Below are positions 20,513 through 30,004 of a stretch of DNA of 64,000 nucleotides, piece by piece. A model generated the notes under the pieces. The model saw only the letters and a list, made by a program, of their open reading frames with translations. It did not search any database and was not told the DNA's origin. The translations under genes and the position numbers were made by a program. Source of the DNA: a virus; the IMG/VR virus record IMGVR_UViG_3300025138_009100, positions 8,369 through 72,368 of that record; one strand, written 5' to 3'. The number at the start of each line of letters is the position of its first letter. The stretch's first letter is position 1.

Positions 20513-20848
20513 CTATTCATTCTGGCCTGTTTTGGCATTCCATTTTACCCAACCTCGATCTGGCAGCCAATTGCCGTCCCCATCCTTACGTTTAGGGAAT
20601 AGGGTTCCACCCTTCTTGTTAACTCCAAACGCCAGACGCGCCCCGCAGTCTGCACATCTTAGTTCGTAATAGTCGTTCTCTTCTACGCTTCTTACTACAA
20701 ATTTGACGTTGTCACTTCCGCACTTAGCACAAGTAGTCTCTTCAAAGACCTCTTGAAACCTAGCGATTTCTGCAAAGATTGACTTCTGGTCATCTCCAGA
20801 AAGTTCTACATTGAGGCGACCGTTTCTTGTTTGATATACTACTTTCAT
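20513..20848 (-). CDS. Small zinc-ribbon protein
   Basis: CAKC...CADC; probable start MKVVYQ at 20848 (ATGA overlap). Confidence 0.6.
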   Translation of the reverse strand: MKVVYQTRNGRLNVELSGDDQKSIFAEIARFQEVFEETTCAKCGSDNVKFVVRSVEENDYYELRCADCGARLAFGVNKKGGTLFPKRKDGDGNWLPDRGWVKWNAKTGQNE

Positions 20849-21600
20849 ACATTTCTCCAATCTTGTTGATAACCAGTAATTGAACTAGGGATTGTCCCTT
20901 TGTCTTGTTGATATTCGTTTAGCTTTTCAATAGCGTCACTTGCTTGTTTCTTGTCTATCTTCTTTGAGACAGACAAATTAAATACTTCCTTAAACAATTT
21001 TGCTGGATGGATATCCAGTTGTTTAGACTTTCCGTCTACGAACCGCTCTTGGTTCTCTGTCATTCTACCTGCTGATTGATATTCTCCTTGCGTAGTGTGT
21101 ACCGCATTAGTTTGACTAATACTCTTAGCGATCTCTGCGGTATTCTTTTTAGTGACTTCTTCTGCGGCTACAACACGTATTCTAAGCGCTTTCCTCAGAG
21201 CGCGACCTTCTGCTCGCGTTGCTGCTGTAGCAGTGTTATAGACACAAAATGTGTCGTCTGTGTTGCCCTCCCAAGAGTCAGCAACATCAGAGAAAGCAGA
21301 CCCGTCTTCAAACTCTACCCGCCAAACGACAGTGGACCTGCCTATCTCGTTTCCTCCCTGCGGAGGAAAGACCTGAGTGGGACCACTAAATACGATTCTA
21401 CCCATCAACAACTCTGCAACTCTCCTGAGTCCATTACAGAGAGGCATCTTTTCAAACATCTCATTCTTCTCAAAGTGTCCTAGCACATAGTCATTCCACT
21501 CTGGATCTGTAGGACAAACTGCGCTCTCTACAACATCCTTAGTTCCAGCCTTGGCGTTAGACGGGGTGCTAAGTTCAACATCTTCAAACAAATCGCTCAT
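20845..21600 (-). CDS. Putative single-strand annealing protein (Rad52/Sak-like superfamily)
   Basis: TAATRAEGRALRKALRI..AAEE resembles the AxTRAxxRAL motif of phage Rad52-like annealases; C-terminal helical module (T..Q..F....A...IE.L). Confidence 0.45.
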   Translation of the reverse strand: MSDLFEDVELSTPSNAKAGTKDVVESAVCPTDPEWNDYVLGHFEKNEMFEKMPLCNGLRRVAELLMGRIVFSGPTQVFPPQGGNEIGRSTVVWRVEFEDGSAFSDVADSWEGNTDDTFCVYNTATAATRAEGRALRKALRIRVVAAEEVTKKNTAEIAKSISQTNAVHTTQGEYQSAGRMTENQERFVDGKSKQLDIHPAKLFKEVFNLSVSKKIDKKQASDAIEKLNEYQQDKGTIPSSITGYQQDWRNV

Positions 21601-22367
21601 AATTCAACCTCTATAAATCTTTTAGTCTTTGGTGGAAACTTTTCTTCAATGCTTTTTAATGTACTTACAATATTAGATATTAGGTTCTCCTTCTTTTTCA
21701 AACTGGCATTTGCTATTGCCTTGACTCTTATTATAGCGAATCCACGGCTTAAAATTCTACCGCTTTTCTGTAAATCCGCTTTTATTTGTTTCTGTAGCTT
21801 CTCCTCTCCCCAGATAGGAAGGAAGTGTGAAGGTCCATCCACTTCTATTATAGTCTTGAGAGAAGGAATGTAAAGGTCTATTTCTAGTTTTTCATTAGGA
21901 ATTAAATTCTTATTATGAAAATCTACTGTATATCCGTTTGTGCTTAACTTGTCTGCTACAAACTTCTCTAGCTTAGACCCTTCCCTTCCAGCTTTTCTGA
22001 TGGCATCAGTTGCTAATTTACACATTTTATCTCTTTGTGCAGCATCCATGTTTTTCCATCTTTCTTTAGCTTGGTCTACACGACCCTGCCGTTCTTCCTT
22101 TGTCATTGACTCCCAATGATTTTCCATTCCTTCACTAATTTTCAGCTTTTCATCCTCTGTTCTTTTTTTTCCCGCAGTAGGATGTTCACATCTTCCGCTC
22201 TGTAAAGCATTCTTCTGCGCCTCGCTCTTATTCTTTAGCTTGTATCCATTCTTAATCAAAGTCCTTCTTACTTTATTTGGATATGTATCCAGAGACTTAG
22301 CTATTTCATAAGTGCTTTTACTTTCTTCATTGTACATCTCTATAATTTGTTTGTCAAGATTGCTCAT
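21597..22367 (-). CDS. Vsr/DUF559-like (EDxHD-type) endonuclease with HTH and NUMOD3-like DNA-binding region
   Basis: N-terminal HTH (STYEIAKSLDTYPNKVRRTL), KRTEDEKLKISEG, C-terminal IDLYIP..IIEVDGPSHF. Confidence 0.65.
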   Translation of the reverse strand: MSNLDKQIIEMYNEESKSTYEIAKSLDTYPNKVRRTLIKNGYKLKNKSEAQKNALQSGRCEHPTAGKKRTEDEKLKISEGMENHWESMTKEERQGRVDQAKERWKNMDAAQRDKMCKLATDAIRKAGREGSKLEKFVADKLSTNGYTVDFHNKNLIPNEKLEIDLYIPSLKTIIEVDGPSHFLPIWGEEKLQKQIKADLQKSGRILSRGFAIIRVKAIANASLKKKENLISNIVSTLKSIEEKFPPKTKRFIEVEL

Positions 22368-22797
22368 CGAAAACCTCTCTTATTTTTTCTAGGTCCATAG
22401 ATTCTACCAGTTTTGGCTCTTTACCAGTTATTCTTTTAATGTAGTCATAGTCTTCCTTATTTTTTACAATAAAAGGAAGTGTATTATAGATCTGGATAAT
22501 TTGCATAATGTTTTTTTCTTGCTGTTTTGTGTACAAGAAAACCGCTTTGAATTTATTAATTACATTATGGATTGAAGACGCTGCATTATAGCTTGTTATA
22601 ATTAAATTACCTGTAAACTGCCATATGTCGGTAGAATTGAACAGTCCGAATTTAGGGGTTATAGAGTTAAATCCTATATCCTCATAAAATAAGCTTCCAT
22701 TATCAATATCTTTGCTGTCAATCCATTTATTCAAGCACTCGTATATTTCCTGAGCGCTAGGGTCGGCTGATGAATTTACATAAAATCCTAAGTTCAT
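22354..22797 (-). CDS. Hypothetical protein, possibly a degenerate GT-B N-terminal-like domain
   Basis: Intact ORF at the end of the glycan cluster; Rossmann-like start MNLGFYV; no catalytic motif seen. Confidence 0.35.
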   Translation of the reverse strand: MNLGFYVNSSADPSAQEIYECLNKWIDSKDIDNGSLFYEDIGFNSITPKFGLFNSTDIWQFTGNLIITSYNAASSIHNVINKFKAVFLYTKQQEKNIMQIIQIYNTLPFIVKNKEDYDYIKRITGKEPKLVESMDLEKIREVFDEQS

Positions 22798-23735
22798 TAT
22801 TGTATCTCCCAGTTATTATCGTTCATAAACCAGTCAATGGTTTGTTTTAGTCCTGTTTTTAAATCTGTTTTCGCTTCAAAGTCTAGCAGTTGTTTAGCCT
22901 TTGTCGTGTCTAAACAACGTCGGGGTTGACCGTCTGGTTTACTGTCATCATACTTGATAAATCCAGTATAACCCATTTGATCGGATATCTCAGTTACTAA
23001 CTCCTTGATTGTTATTTCTTTTCCTGTACCTATGTTTATTGGTTGGAGTCCCGGTTCTGTCTCTATCGCTCTGGCAATCGCCTCTACGCAGTCTGGCGCA
23101 TATAAAAATTCCCTAGAAGCTTTTCCTGATCCCCACGCCGTTACCATTTTCTCCCCATTTTTAATAGCATTATAGAATTTAAGAATCAAAGCAGGAATAA
23201 CATGACTACTAGTTGTGTTAAAGTGATCGTGTGGTCCGTACATGTTGACCGGAATCAAGTTAGCACCCCTCATGCCATACTGCTCTCCATACGCTTGCAG
23301 AAGCCGCACAAGGGTCTTCTTGGCGATCCCGTATGGAGCATTGGTTTCTTCTGGGTATCCATCCCACAAGCTTTCCTCTAAGAAAGGGACAGGAGTGTGT
23401 TTAGGGTAGGCGCATACCGTTCCAAGTAGAATGAATTTAGGGGTCTTCTCTATCCTAGCTCTTTCTATAAGGTTTACTCCCATAATAAGATTTTCATACA
23501 TAAACTTGCCGGGATTTTCTTTGTTAGCACCAATCCCACCCACAGATCCAGCCGCATGTACTATTACATCTGGATTGTGATATTGCATCATCTTTCGGCA
23601 GGCATGTTGACACCGAAGATCATAGACGCTAGAACCCATCACGCTTAATGAGTAGTCTTGATTCATAAATTGACCAAGGTTTTCTTGAATGTTTTTCCCA
23701 AGAAACCCCGTACCGCCAGTTATTAATATTCTCAT
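22797..23735 (-). CDS. fcl: GDP-L-fucose synthase (GDP-4-keto-6-deoxymannose epimerase/reductase)
   Basis: ILITGGTGFLG, HAAGSVGGIGAN, LGTVCAYPK, EETNAPYGIAKK, PVNMYGPHD, SHVIPALI, SREFLY, KPDGQPRR. Confidence 0.92.
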   Translation of the reverse strand: MRILITGGTGFLGKNIQENLGQFMNQDYSLSVMGSSVYDLRCQHACRKMMQYHNPDVIVHAAGSVGGIGANKENPGKFMYENLIMGVNLIERARIEKTPKFILLGTVCAYPKHTPVPFLEESLWDGYPEETNAPYGIAKKTLVRLLQAYGEQYGMRGANLIPVNMYGPHDHFNTTSSHVIPALILKFYNAIKNGEKMVTAWGSGKASREFLYAPDCVEAIARAIETEPGLQPINIGTGKEITIKELVTEISDQMGYTGFIKYDDSKPDGQPRRCLDTTKAKQLLDFEAKTDLKTGLKQTIDWFMNDNNWEIQ

Positions 23736-23755
23736 GTATAGTTCTCCTTACTCCT

Positions 23756-23785
23756 ATTATAGTTTAGGAAATACATTTTTGTCAA
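23756..23785 (-). promoter_or_regulatory. Sigma70-type promoter TTGACA-N18-TATAAT upstream of fcl
   Basis: Perfect consensus hexamers on the - strand followed by an AGGAG RBS and ATG 23735. Confidence 0.8.
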
Positions 23786-23800
23786 GTAAAATAAATAAAT

Positions 23801-24592
23801 TTACCAATAACATCCACCCTCTACATAATTCTTCATGGGTGGAATTTCATGAGGTAATGGCCTAATCCAGTCGCCTGTGCCATACCAATCATGGTGTTTA
23901 AATCCTTCGTCCCATCTTCTTCCTCTTATTCCGTAAAGTATTTGGTTGCCACCCCCAAGATGAACACATGGTTTACCTAGTTTTTTTATGTAATCACAAA
24001 CAATTAAAGAAAATCCACCACAACCCACGGTGGCGAAATCAAAATCAGTTTTTTCTATCTGCTCAAGCATTTGGTTGAGTTTATCTTCCCAAGGTTTTGG
24101 CGGTTTGCCAGTAAGCGCTTCTGAGTAAGGAGACTCAACAGTAATCACTTCGCCTATCTCTGCTCCATCCCATATTTTACTGAATTTTTTTGCTTGAGTT
24201 TGAACTGTATCTGGAAAAGGAGAGACGCACAAAACCTTTTTATTTTTTAGATGGTAGTGCCATCCCTCGCGCCCAAAGACAAAAGGTTCTATTCCTTCAA
24301 AAGAATGAAATATCTCTCCAGTGTATCCTATATTAGATAGTACAGCTTCGTCTTCTTTACACCACTGTAGCACGCAGTCTAGATTTTTTACTGCTTCTAA
24401 GTATTCAAAACACCACTTATTAAATGTCTCTAGTGAATCAACATAGATTCCAGCATTAATAAACAACTGCTGTCCAATTAATGAAGGTTGATTGTTTAAG
24501 TGTGTCAGTAAATGTGAAGCTTCTATATTTCCCATTTTACCAAAAGATTTACTAGTTTTATTTTTTAGGCATTCTATAATTAAGTTATTCAT
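23801..24592 (-). CDS. Putative glycosyltransferase (GT-D/DUF1792-like fold)
   Basis: KKVLCVSPF, DFDFATVGCGGFS, KPCVHLGGGNQILYGIRGRRWD, a pattern typical of polysaccharide-locus proteins. Confidence 0.5.
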   Translation of the reverse strand: MNNLIIECLKNKTSKSFGKMGNIEASHLLTHLNNQPSLIGQQLFINAGIYVDSLETFNKWCFEYLEAVKNLDCVLQWCKEDEAVLSNIGYTGEIFHSFEGIEPFVFGREGWHYHLKNKKVLCVSPFPDTVQTQAKKFSKIWDGAEIGEVITVESPYSEALTGKPPKPWEDKLNQMLEQIEKTDFDFATVGCGGFSLIVCDYIKKLGKPCVHLGGGNQILYGIRGRRWDEGFKHHDWYGTGDWIRPLPHEIPPMKNYVEGGCYW

Positions 24593-24965
24593 TTATAATC
24601 CTTAAAAATTGTTGGTAATCTTTTATATAGTCTTTTTCGTCATATTCCATAGAACATAAAACCAATAAAATATCTTTACCTGTTAAATAAGTTTGTTCTC
24701 CCCATACCATGTTTTTCATAAGTAAAGACTGTCCGGGCTGCATTATTTCTTTTTTTGTTTCTTTCCCGTCGTCTAATGAAACTAAAATTTTTCCACTTAC
24801 ACAAATTAAAAGCTGCTTATCTTTTAAGTGTGCGTGATTACCTCTAGTTTCTCCTTTTGGAACGTCTGACACAAAGAACATTCTTTGTGCAACTAAATCA
24901 ATATTTTTATTGATCGCAAAAAGAGTTCCTCCAGAGCTTTGAAATTTATCTAAATCTTTTAACAC
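24585..24965 (-). CDS. dTDP-4-keto-6-deoxyglucose 3,4-ketoisomerase (FdtA/QdtA/WxcM-like cupin)
   Basis: RGNHAH, QLLICVSG, LLVLCSMEYDEKDYIKDY. Confidence 0.85.
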   Translation of the reverse strand: MLKDLDKFQSSGGTLFAINKNIDLVAQRMFFVSDVPKGETRGNHAHLKDKQLLICVSGKILVSLDDGKETKKEIMQPGQSLLMKNMVWGEQTYLTGKDILLVLCSMEYDEKDYIKDYQQFLRIINE

Positions 24966-25863
24966 AGGATATTACCCTTTCTACATCTTCTTGAGTAAGT
25001 TGTTCGTGGAATGGCAAGCTTACTGTTTGCCTAGATTCTTTTTCTGAATTTGGTAAAGTTTCTAATATTATCTGTCTATGTGCGTATGCAACTTTTCCAT
25101 GACAGTGTTCATAATGAATTCCGCATTGAATATCATCTTCTTTCATTCTATATAAAAATCTAGTGTTAGATTTAACACGTATTCTATATAGATGCCTACT
25201 TGTATTATTATAGCCAAACGCATCATTATATGCAAGTTTTATTTCATCTAATTTGTTATTTTTTTTATCTAAATTTTTAAGATTTTCATTTGCTACATAC
25301 GCTTGCACTGATGTCCAGTGCATTTTGTAACCTGCGAGCCATTGCTTTCTTTTCCAGCTATTTTTATCAAAAGTTGTACCGTTCATGGTCATCATTCTAA
25401 AGTCTTCTATTTTCTTCTCATTGTTTGATACTATGATGCCTCCGTCACAACCGCTGACAGGTTTTGTTGGATAAAAGCTAAATATCATGAGCGCATCATC
25501 ATCTTTTAGCTCTGCATACTGATTTTTACTAACTTGCTGCGCTGAATCATAAATGTCATCGTGCAAGTGATAGTAGCTCCCAACCCATTCCACGTCGTCG
25601 TAAAATTCTATTTTATGACCTGCGTTAACAATAGCGTTAGGAACAACGATTGGCATTGTGCTTGGAATTTTTACTATTTGATTTTGATATCTTTTTAGCG
25701 CTAATAATATTAAGCTAGAAGCGCTATTTGCTGTGCAGGCGTATCTTGCGCCAACGTAATTGGCAAAGTTTTGCTCAAATTCTTGTACAATATCACCGTG
25801 AAGAAGGTTGCCAAGCTTAGATGTATCTATATTGTGATTCGGTATATTAAAAAGTTGAATCAT
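24946..25863 (-). CDS. DegT/DnrJ/EryC1/StrS PLP-dependent sugar aminotransferase
   Basis: EFEQNFANYVG, YDSAQ, FSFYPTKPVSGCDGG (PLP lysine), VSLPFH. Confidence 0.85.
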   Translation of the reverse strand: MIQLFNIPNHNIDTSKLGNLLHGDIVQEFEQNFANYVGARYACTANSASSLILLALKRYQNQIVKIPSTMPIVVPNAIVNAGHKIEFYDDVEWVGSYYHLHDDIYDSAQQVSKNQYAELKDDDALMIFSFYPTKPVSGCDGGIIVSNNEKKIEDFRMMTMNGTTFDKNSWKRKQWLAGYKMHWTSVQAYVANENLKNLDKKNNKLDEIKLAYNDAFGYNNTSRHLYRIRVKSNTRFLYRMKEDDIQCGIHYEHCHGKVAYAHRQIILETLPNSEKESRQTVSLPFHEQLTQEDVERVISCVKRFR

Positions 25864-26461
25864 TTTTTCTTTCTAATAAGAATGTTTTTTTACTGTCTAA
25901 TCCTTCAAAAGAATTACAAATATGAATCATATCAAATCCGCTTTTTTCTATTGCCTTGTGCAGATCTTGTTCTAAGATTACACAATTTGTTGCTATCAGA
26001 GATGACTCATATGGAGTATATTTCTCAAGGCGACTTTCTTCTCCAACGTCTTGTCTATGTATTATTACATATTTTTTTGAATGATATAATATTTTACTTA
26101 ATATATCAATCGGATTTTTCATTTCGCTAATAAAAGCATTAATTAAAATTACATCATAATCACCTAAAAATTTTAAATCGTCTTTAAACATATCAAATTT
26201 TACATAATTAAAGTTTGGTCTTTGCGCTAAAGCAACTTTTTCTATTATGTGAGGAAGGTCTGCGCCAGTATAATCTATATGTTTATAGATGTCACCGAAC
26301 TCAGCGTTGCCGCATCCCATATCAATTAATTTTTTTGAGTCTTGTATTTTTTCTACACAGCTATGCAAACTATTAAAATGATCGCTATGCATTATGTGTG
26401 GAAAGTTTCTATTGAGTATTAAGTCGCAAATTTTTTCGTCTTGCCACGCTGTCTTTTCCAT
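25847..26461 (-). CDS. Class I SAM-dependent methyltransferase
   Basis: LIDMGCGNA, YTGADL. Confidence 0.7.
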   Translation of the reverse strand: MEKTAWQDEKICDLILNRNFPHIMHSDHFNSLHSCVEKIQDSKKLIDMGCGNAEFGDIYKHIDYTGADLPHIIEKVALAQRPNFNYVKFDMFKDDLKFLGDYDVILINAFISEMKNPIDILSKILYHSKKYVIIHRQDVGEESRLEKYTPYESSLIATNCVILEQDLHKAIEKSGFDMIHICNSFEGLDSKKTFLLERKNDSTF

Positions 26462-26465
26462 GATT

Positions 26466-27107
26466 TTAGTTCCCGTTTGTTTTTATAAAATGTTCTGGTA
26501 CAGGTTTTTTAAAGGGTGTAAGCGCTTTTCGTTTAGCAAAGCAACATATGAGAGAGTCATTAGGTATACTGCTAATAAAGTCTCCAGAGTCTTGTTGAAA
26601 GTCTAAATTTGCGCTCCTAAGATATGTATTATTTGCGTCAAACTGCCTCCATCCTCCCCCTCTTGGTTTAGTTGCTGTAAATTCTATATTAAATCCATTA
26701 ACATTGTAAAAATCCTTAAATAGCGATGGACTTAAAGAGTAAAATCCACGACCAAAAAAACCACAAAGGTTGCTGGTGTGCATCACGCAGCCACTTTCTT
26801 TTAGCATAAAAAGTATATTTCTAAAAACAGTACACGGATCAAAACAACAGTATAGCGTTCCAGAGTCTATCACCCAGTCATATTTTTTTTCAAGCTGCTT
26901 GCTTACAGGTTCGTTTAGATCAATTTTGTAAGTAGGACTTCCGTTTATATCGAATGTGTCCAAGGTGGCAAACCCCATACTATCTTTAAAAGAGTCTAAG
27001 GAATGACCATAAATATGACAATCCCCTAATATTGCACAGCTTTCCCCTTCTGGGTTTTGTTGTCTTATTGTCTTCAAAAGATGAAAATCTTCTGGTTCAA
27101 TAGCCAT
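26466..27107 (-). CDS. Putative SAM-dependent methyltransferase
   Basis: TFDING..IDLNEP...YDWVIDSGTLYCCFD..FRNI..MLKESG pattern of sugar/capsule-locus MTases. Confidence 0.55.
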   Translation of the reverse strand: MAIEPEDFHLLKTIRQQNPEGESCAILGDCHIYGHSLDSFKDSMGFATLDTFDINGSPTYKIDLNEPVSKQLEKKYDWVIDSGTLYCCFDPCTVFRNILFMLKESGCVMHTSNLCGFFGRGFYSLSPSLFKDFYNVNGFNIEFTATKPRGGGWRQFDANNTYLRSANLDFQQDSGDFISSIPNDSLICCFAKRKALTPFKKPVPEHFIKTNGN

Positions 27108-27915
27108 TATAGTGCCTCTCTATTATTTTTTTAAGTAATTGTATATCCGTTTCTACAACCTTCATCCCTTGTGGCACTTCTTCTGTGATTTTCTCGACAG
27201 AAAAAGAATCGTAATCATCCACCTTATCGTAATTGTGATATTCCATAAAAGCTTTTGATAACTCATGTAAACTTACTTTATAGCATTTTTCTAACCTTAT
27301 ATATTCGCCTTTAGTCTCTAGGTTGTCTAGAATTTTATTGGCTATTTCACAGGTTTCTACAAAGTATCTAGTAGTATCTCTAGCATTAAGTAAAATGGGT
27401 TTATTTTCTGACACCGCCTTATTCCACAAATAAAGAACGCTACCGCTAGAAAAAAGAAAATTTACACCCTGAACCACGGAGTATCCATTTTCAAGCATCA
27501 AGCTCTCCATCAGTAGCTTAGTGCAACCGTAAACACACGAAGGATTTATAGCCTTATCTGTACTTACGGCTATCATATTTTTTACACCAAGCTTTTTGCA
27601 GATGGTAATCAGATTTCTGCTTCCGATAATATTAATATCTATCGCCCTTCCGGGGTTATTTTCGCATATTCCTACATGTTTCATTGCCGCTGTATGAATC
27701 ACATAGTCTATATCATGTTTTTTAAATATGTTTTCTATTTGATCTGAATTTAAAATATCTTGACAGTACATAGGAACGTTTTGAAATTTATTTTTTAGCG
27801 ACTGCGATCTTTCTTCTGAGTGTCCAAGGGCTATTGGTGAATACCCTCTTCTCAAGCATATCTTGACAAGTTCTGCGCCTAATGTGCCGGTAGCTCCTGT
27901 TATAAGTATATTCAT
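27097..27915 (-). CDS. UDP-GlcNAc 4,6-dehydratase family (PseB/CapD-like SDR)
   Basis: ILITGATGTLG, VIHTAAMKHV, VSTDKAINP, YGCTK; start probably MNILITG at 27915. Confidence 0.8.
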   Translation of the reverse strand: MNILITGATGTLGAELVKICLRRGYSPIALGHSEERSQSLKNKFQNVPMYCQDILNSDQIENIFKKHDIDYVIHTAAMKHVGICENNPGRAIDINIIGSRNLITICKKLGVKNMIAVSTDKAINPSCVYGCTKLLMESLMLENGYSVVQGVNFLFSSGSVLYLWNKAVSENKPILLNARDTTRYFVETCEIANKILDNLETKGEYIRLEKCYKVSLHELSKAFMEYHNYDKVDDYDSFSVEKITEEVPQGMKVVETDIQLLKKIIERHYNGY

Positions 27916-28640
27916 CTGTACCACCCCTTACCCGCTGGGGAGTCTAAATTATTATGTATATTTTCAAATATTTCAAATCCTTTATCATCCAAAAAATAAA
28001 GACTTTCTACACAACTATCCCAAGAGGCGTATCCTTCATAATGTTCCTCTAGGTTTATAGATTGATAACATTCTAGCATTTCATTTTTTACATCACAGTC
28101 AACCCTAAATTGAATAAAATGTTTTATTGCCTCATGCTCACAGTCTCCATAGCTGATAACGTGAGTCTTTTCGGATCTTCTCATGTCTATTTGTTTTCCA
28201 ATCATTTTTATTGAAGGAATAGAAAAGGTTGAGAAGAAAGCAAACGGAATGTTTTTAACATTACAAAAACTTCCTACATACTGAAATAACTGTGAATGTT
28301 GCGCATGTTGGTGTTCATCTCCATAGTAGGAATGAGTAACTACTAAATCTAAATCCTCTAGCCCCATTTCAGAAATACCTTCTTCAATAGACTCTGCTAG
28401 ATTTGTTAGTGCGATGCCTCCGCGATCAGGTATGTTTTCCGCCGCTATAAATCTATTTTTAATTCCTGCTATATCTAGCGCATTTTGAAACTCATTGTTT
28501 CTTTGTGGATGATGTCTACCAGTAACACATATTACATATGGGTCAACTTCATTTCTTTCGCTCAAAAACTTTAACGTACCCCCTATCCAAAGACTTTCAT
28601 CGTCAGGATGAGCAACTACAAATAGTACTTTACTTTTCAT
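27912..28640 (-). CDS. PIG-L/LmbE family N-deacetylase
   Basis: VVAHPDDE and THS..G...HAQH zinc motifs. Confidence 0.85.
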   Translation of the reverse strand: MKSKVLFVVAHPDDESLWIGGTLKFLSERNEVDPYVICVTGRHHPQRNNEFQNALDIAGIKNRFIAAENIPDRGGIALTNLAESIEEGISEMGLEDLDLVVTHSYYGDEHQHAQHSQLFQYVGSFCNVKNIPFAFFSTFSIPSIKMIGKQIDMRRSEKTHVISYGDCEHEAIKHFIQFRVDCDVKNEMLECYQSINLEEHYEGYASWDSCVESLYFLDDKGFEIFENIHNNLDSPAGKGWYR

Positions 28641-28650
28641 TATCTTTTCC

Positions 28651-29706
28651 TTAAATTAATTGTGATTCAAATATTTCAAACTGATCTCTATCTACCATGT
28701 GTCCATTATAAAATCTATTTTTAGCCCAAGGCAATTCAGTATAATGAGATGGAAGCCTGCTAACCAAGTCGTCTGTATTAATTAATTCGCCATCAAAGAC
28801 TTGTCCGTGATTATCGTACAGTCTAGTAAAATATTCTTTAACTTTCTTTAGACCATAGTCTTCTCTGTAGTTATCGTATATTGTATCTATATCAAATTCA
28901 AACTTGTCATAGTTTTCAACAGCTTTTATTAGAGCTTCATGAGCTAAGTTGTCGTCGTGCCAATAAACAGAATTTTTTGTATTTAAAAAATCTCTTCCGC
29001 TGCCAGATTGATTTCCGTGTATCACCACCGGCACTTCAGACAACAAAGATTCTGCTACTACACCCGGACTGCCTTCACACATAGAAAACAGAGTAGAAAC
29101 TTTAGACGCTTGGTAAAAAAAGGATAACTGTGTTTTACTGAGACCTTTAAATTCTAAATTCTCATCTAATCGCATTAAAGTAAATAATTGGCGTTCTTCG
29201 TTTGTAAACATTTCATAGTAAACATCTTCTATGTCCATAAAATGGTCTTGAGGCCAAAGTTTCTCTTCATTTCTTTTTGCGCACACAAGGAGTATTTTGT
29301 ACTTCTTTCCGCTTTCGTATATCTTTTTTATTTCCCTAAAAAACAAATCTAGCCTTTTTACATTTCCTGATCTTGAAACATTAATAATATCCCAATACTT
29401 TTTAACATCTGGATCTTTTTTGAAAACAGTTGACGTAAAATTAGAGCTAACAACCGGAATCTCAAAAGAATGAGGACATCTTACTGCTATATCAGTTACG
29501 GAGGGTCTACCCATAAAGAAGTCGGCAAAGCTTGGGTACAAAGCGCCCAATGAAAGGCCGCCATAATGTATCCCTATAAAATATCCTTTATCTTTTATTT
29601 TTTGTATAATGTCTCCATGACTCTCAAAAGCGCGGTATGCCTCTTGGTGAGAGATAACTATTATGCCTTTTTGCTCAGGCGTTGTTTTTTTAAATATATG
29701 AGCCAT
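28651..29706 (-). CDS. GT-B (GT4-like) glycosyltransferase
   Basis: KRLDLF, FSMCEGSPGVVAESLLSEVPVV (EX7E). Confidence 0.75.
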   Translation of the reverse strand: MAHIFKKTTPEQKGIIVISHQEAYRAFESHGDIIQKIKDKGYFIGIHYGGLSLGALYPSFADFFMGRPSVTDIAVRCPHSFEIPVVSSNFTSTVFKKDPDVKKYWDIINVSRSGNVKRLDLFFREIKKIYESGKKYKILLVCAKRNEEKLWPQDHFMDIEDVYYEMFTNEERQLFTLMRLDENLEFKGLSKTQLSFFYQASKVSTLFSMCEGSPGVVAESLLSEVPVVIHGNQSGSGRDFLNTKNSVYWHDDNLAHEALIKAVENYDKFEFDIDTIYDNYREDYGLKKVKEYFTRLYDNHGQVFDGELINTDDLVSRLPSHYTELPWAKNRFYNGHMVDRDQFEIFESQLI

Positions 29707-29707
29707 T

Positions 29708-30004
29708 CTATTCCTTAAAAAATTCTTCCGAGTTTATATTTTTGTCATCAATAAATAGGTCGTAGTAGGGCTTTCCCATTCTTAATTCAGAGTATTTGCA
29801 GTCCCATCGTTCTAATTGCTCTTGCGTGACTTTAAACCAGTTCATATTTGTAATAGTTCCTCTGGCCGTCCAATAAATTATAGTATTGCCCTGTTCATAT
29901 AGCTTATTTATTTTTTTAATTCTATCTTCAATTGGTTCTGCTAAAGAATACTTTCCATCCGTAAAAGAGCAAATTGTTTCATCTATATCAACAAATATAA
30001 TCAT
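29708..30004 (-). CDS. Small HAD-superfamily phosphatase (capsule-biosynthesis type)
   Basis: IFVDIDETIC, IYWTARG, MGKPYYDLFIDDK. Confidence 0.85.
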   Translation of the reverse strand: MIIFVDIDETICSFTDGKYSLAEPIEDRIKKINKLYEQGNTIIYWTARGTITNMNWFKVTQEQLERWDCKYSELRMGKPYYDLFIDDKNINSEEFFKE

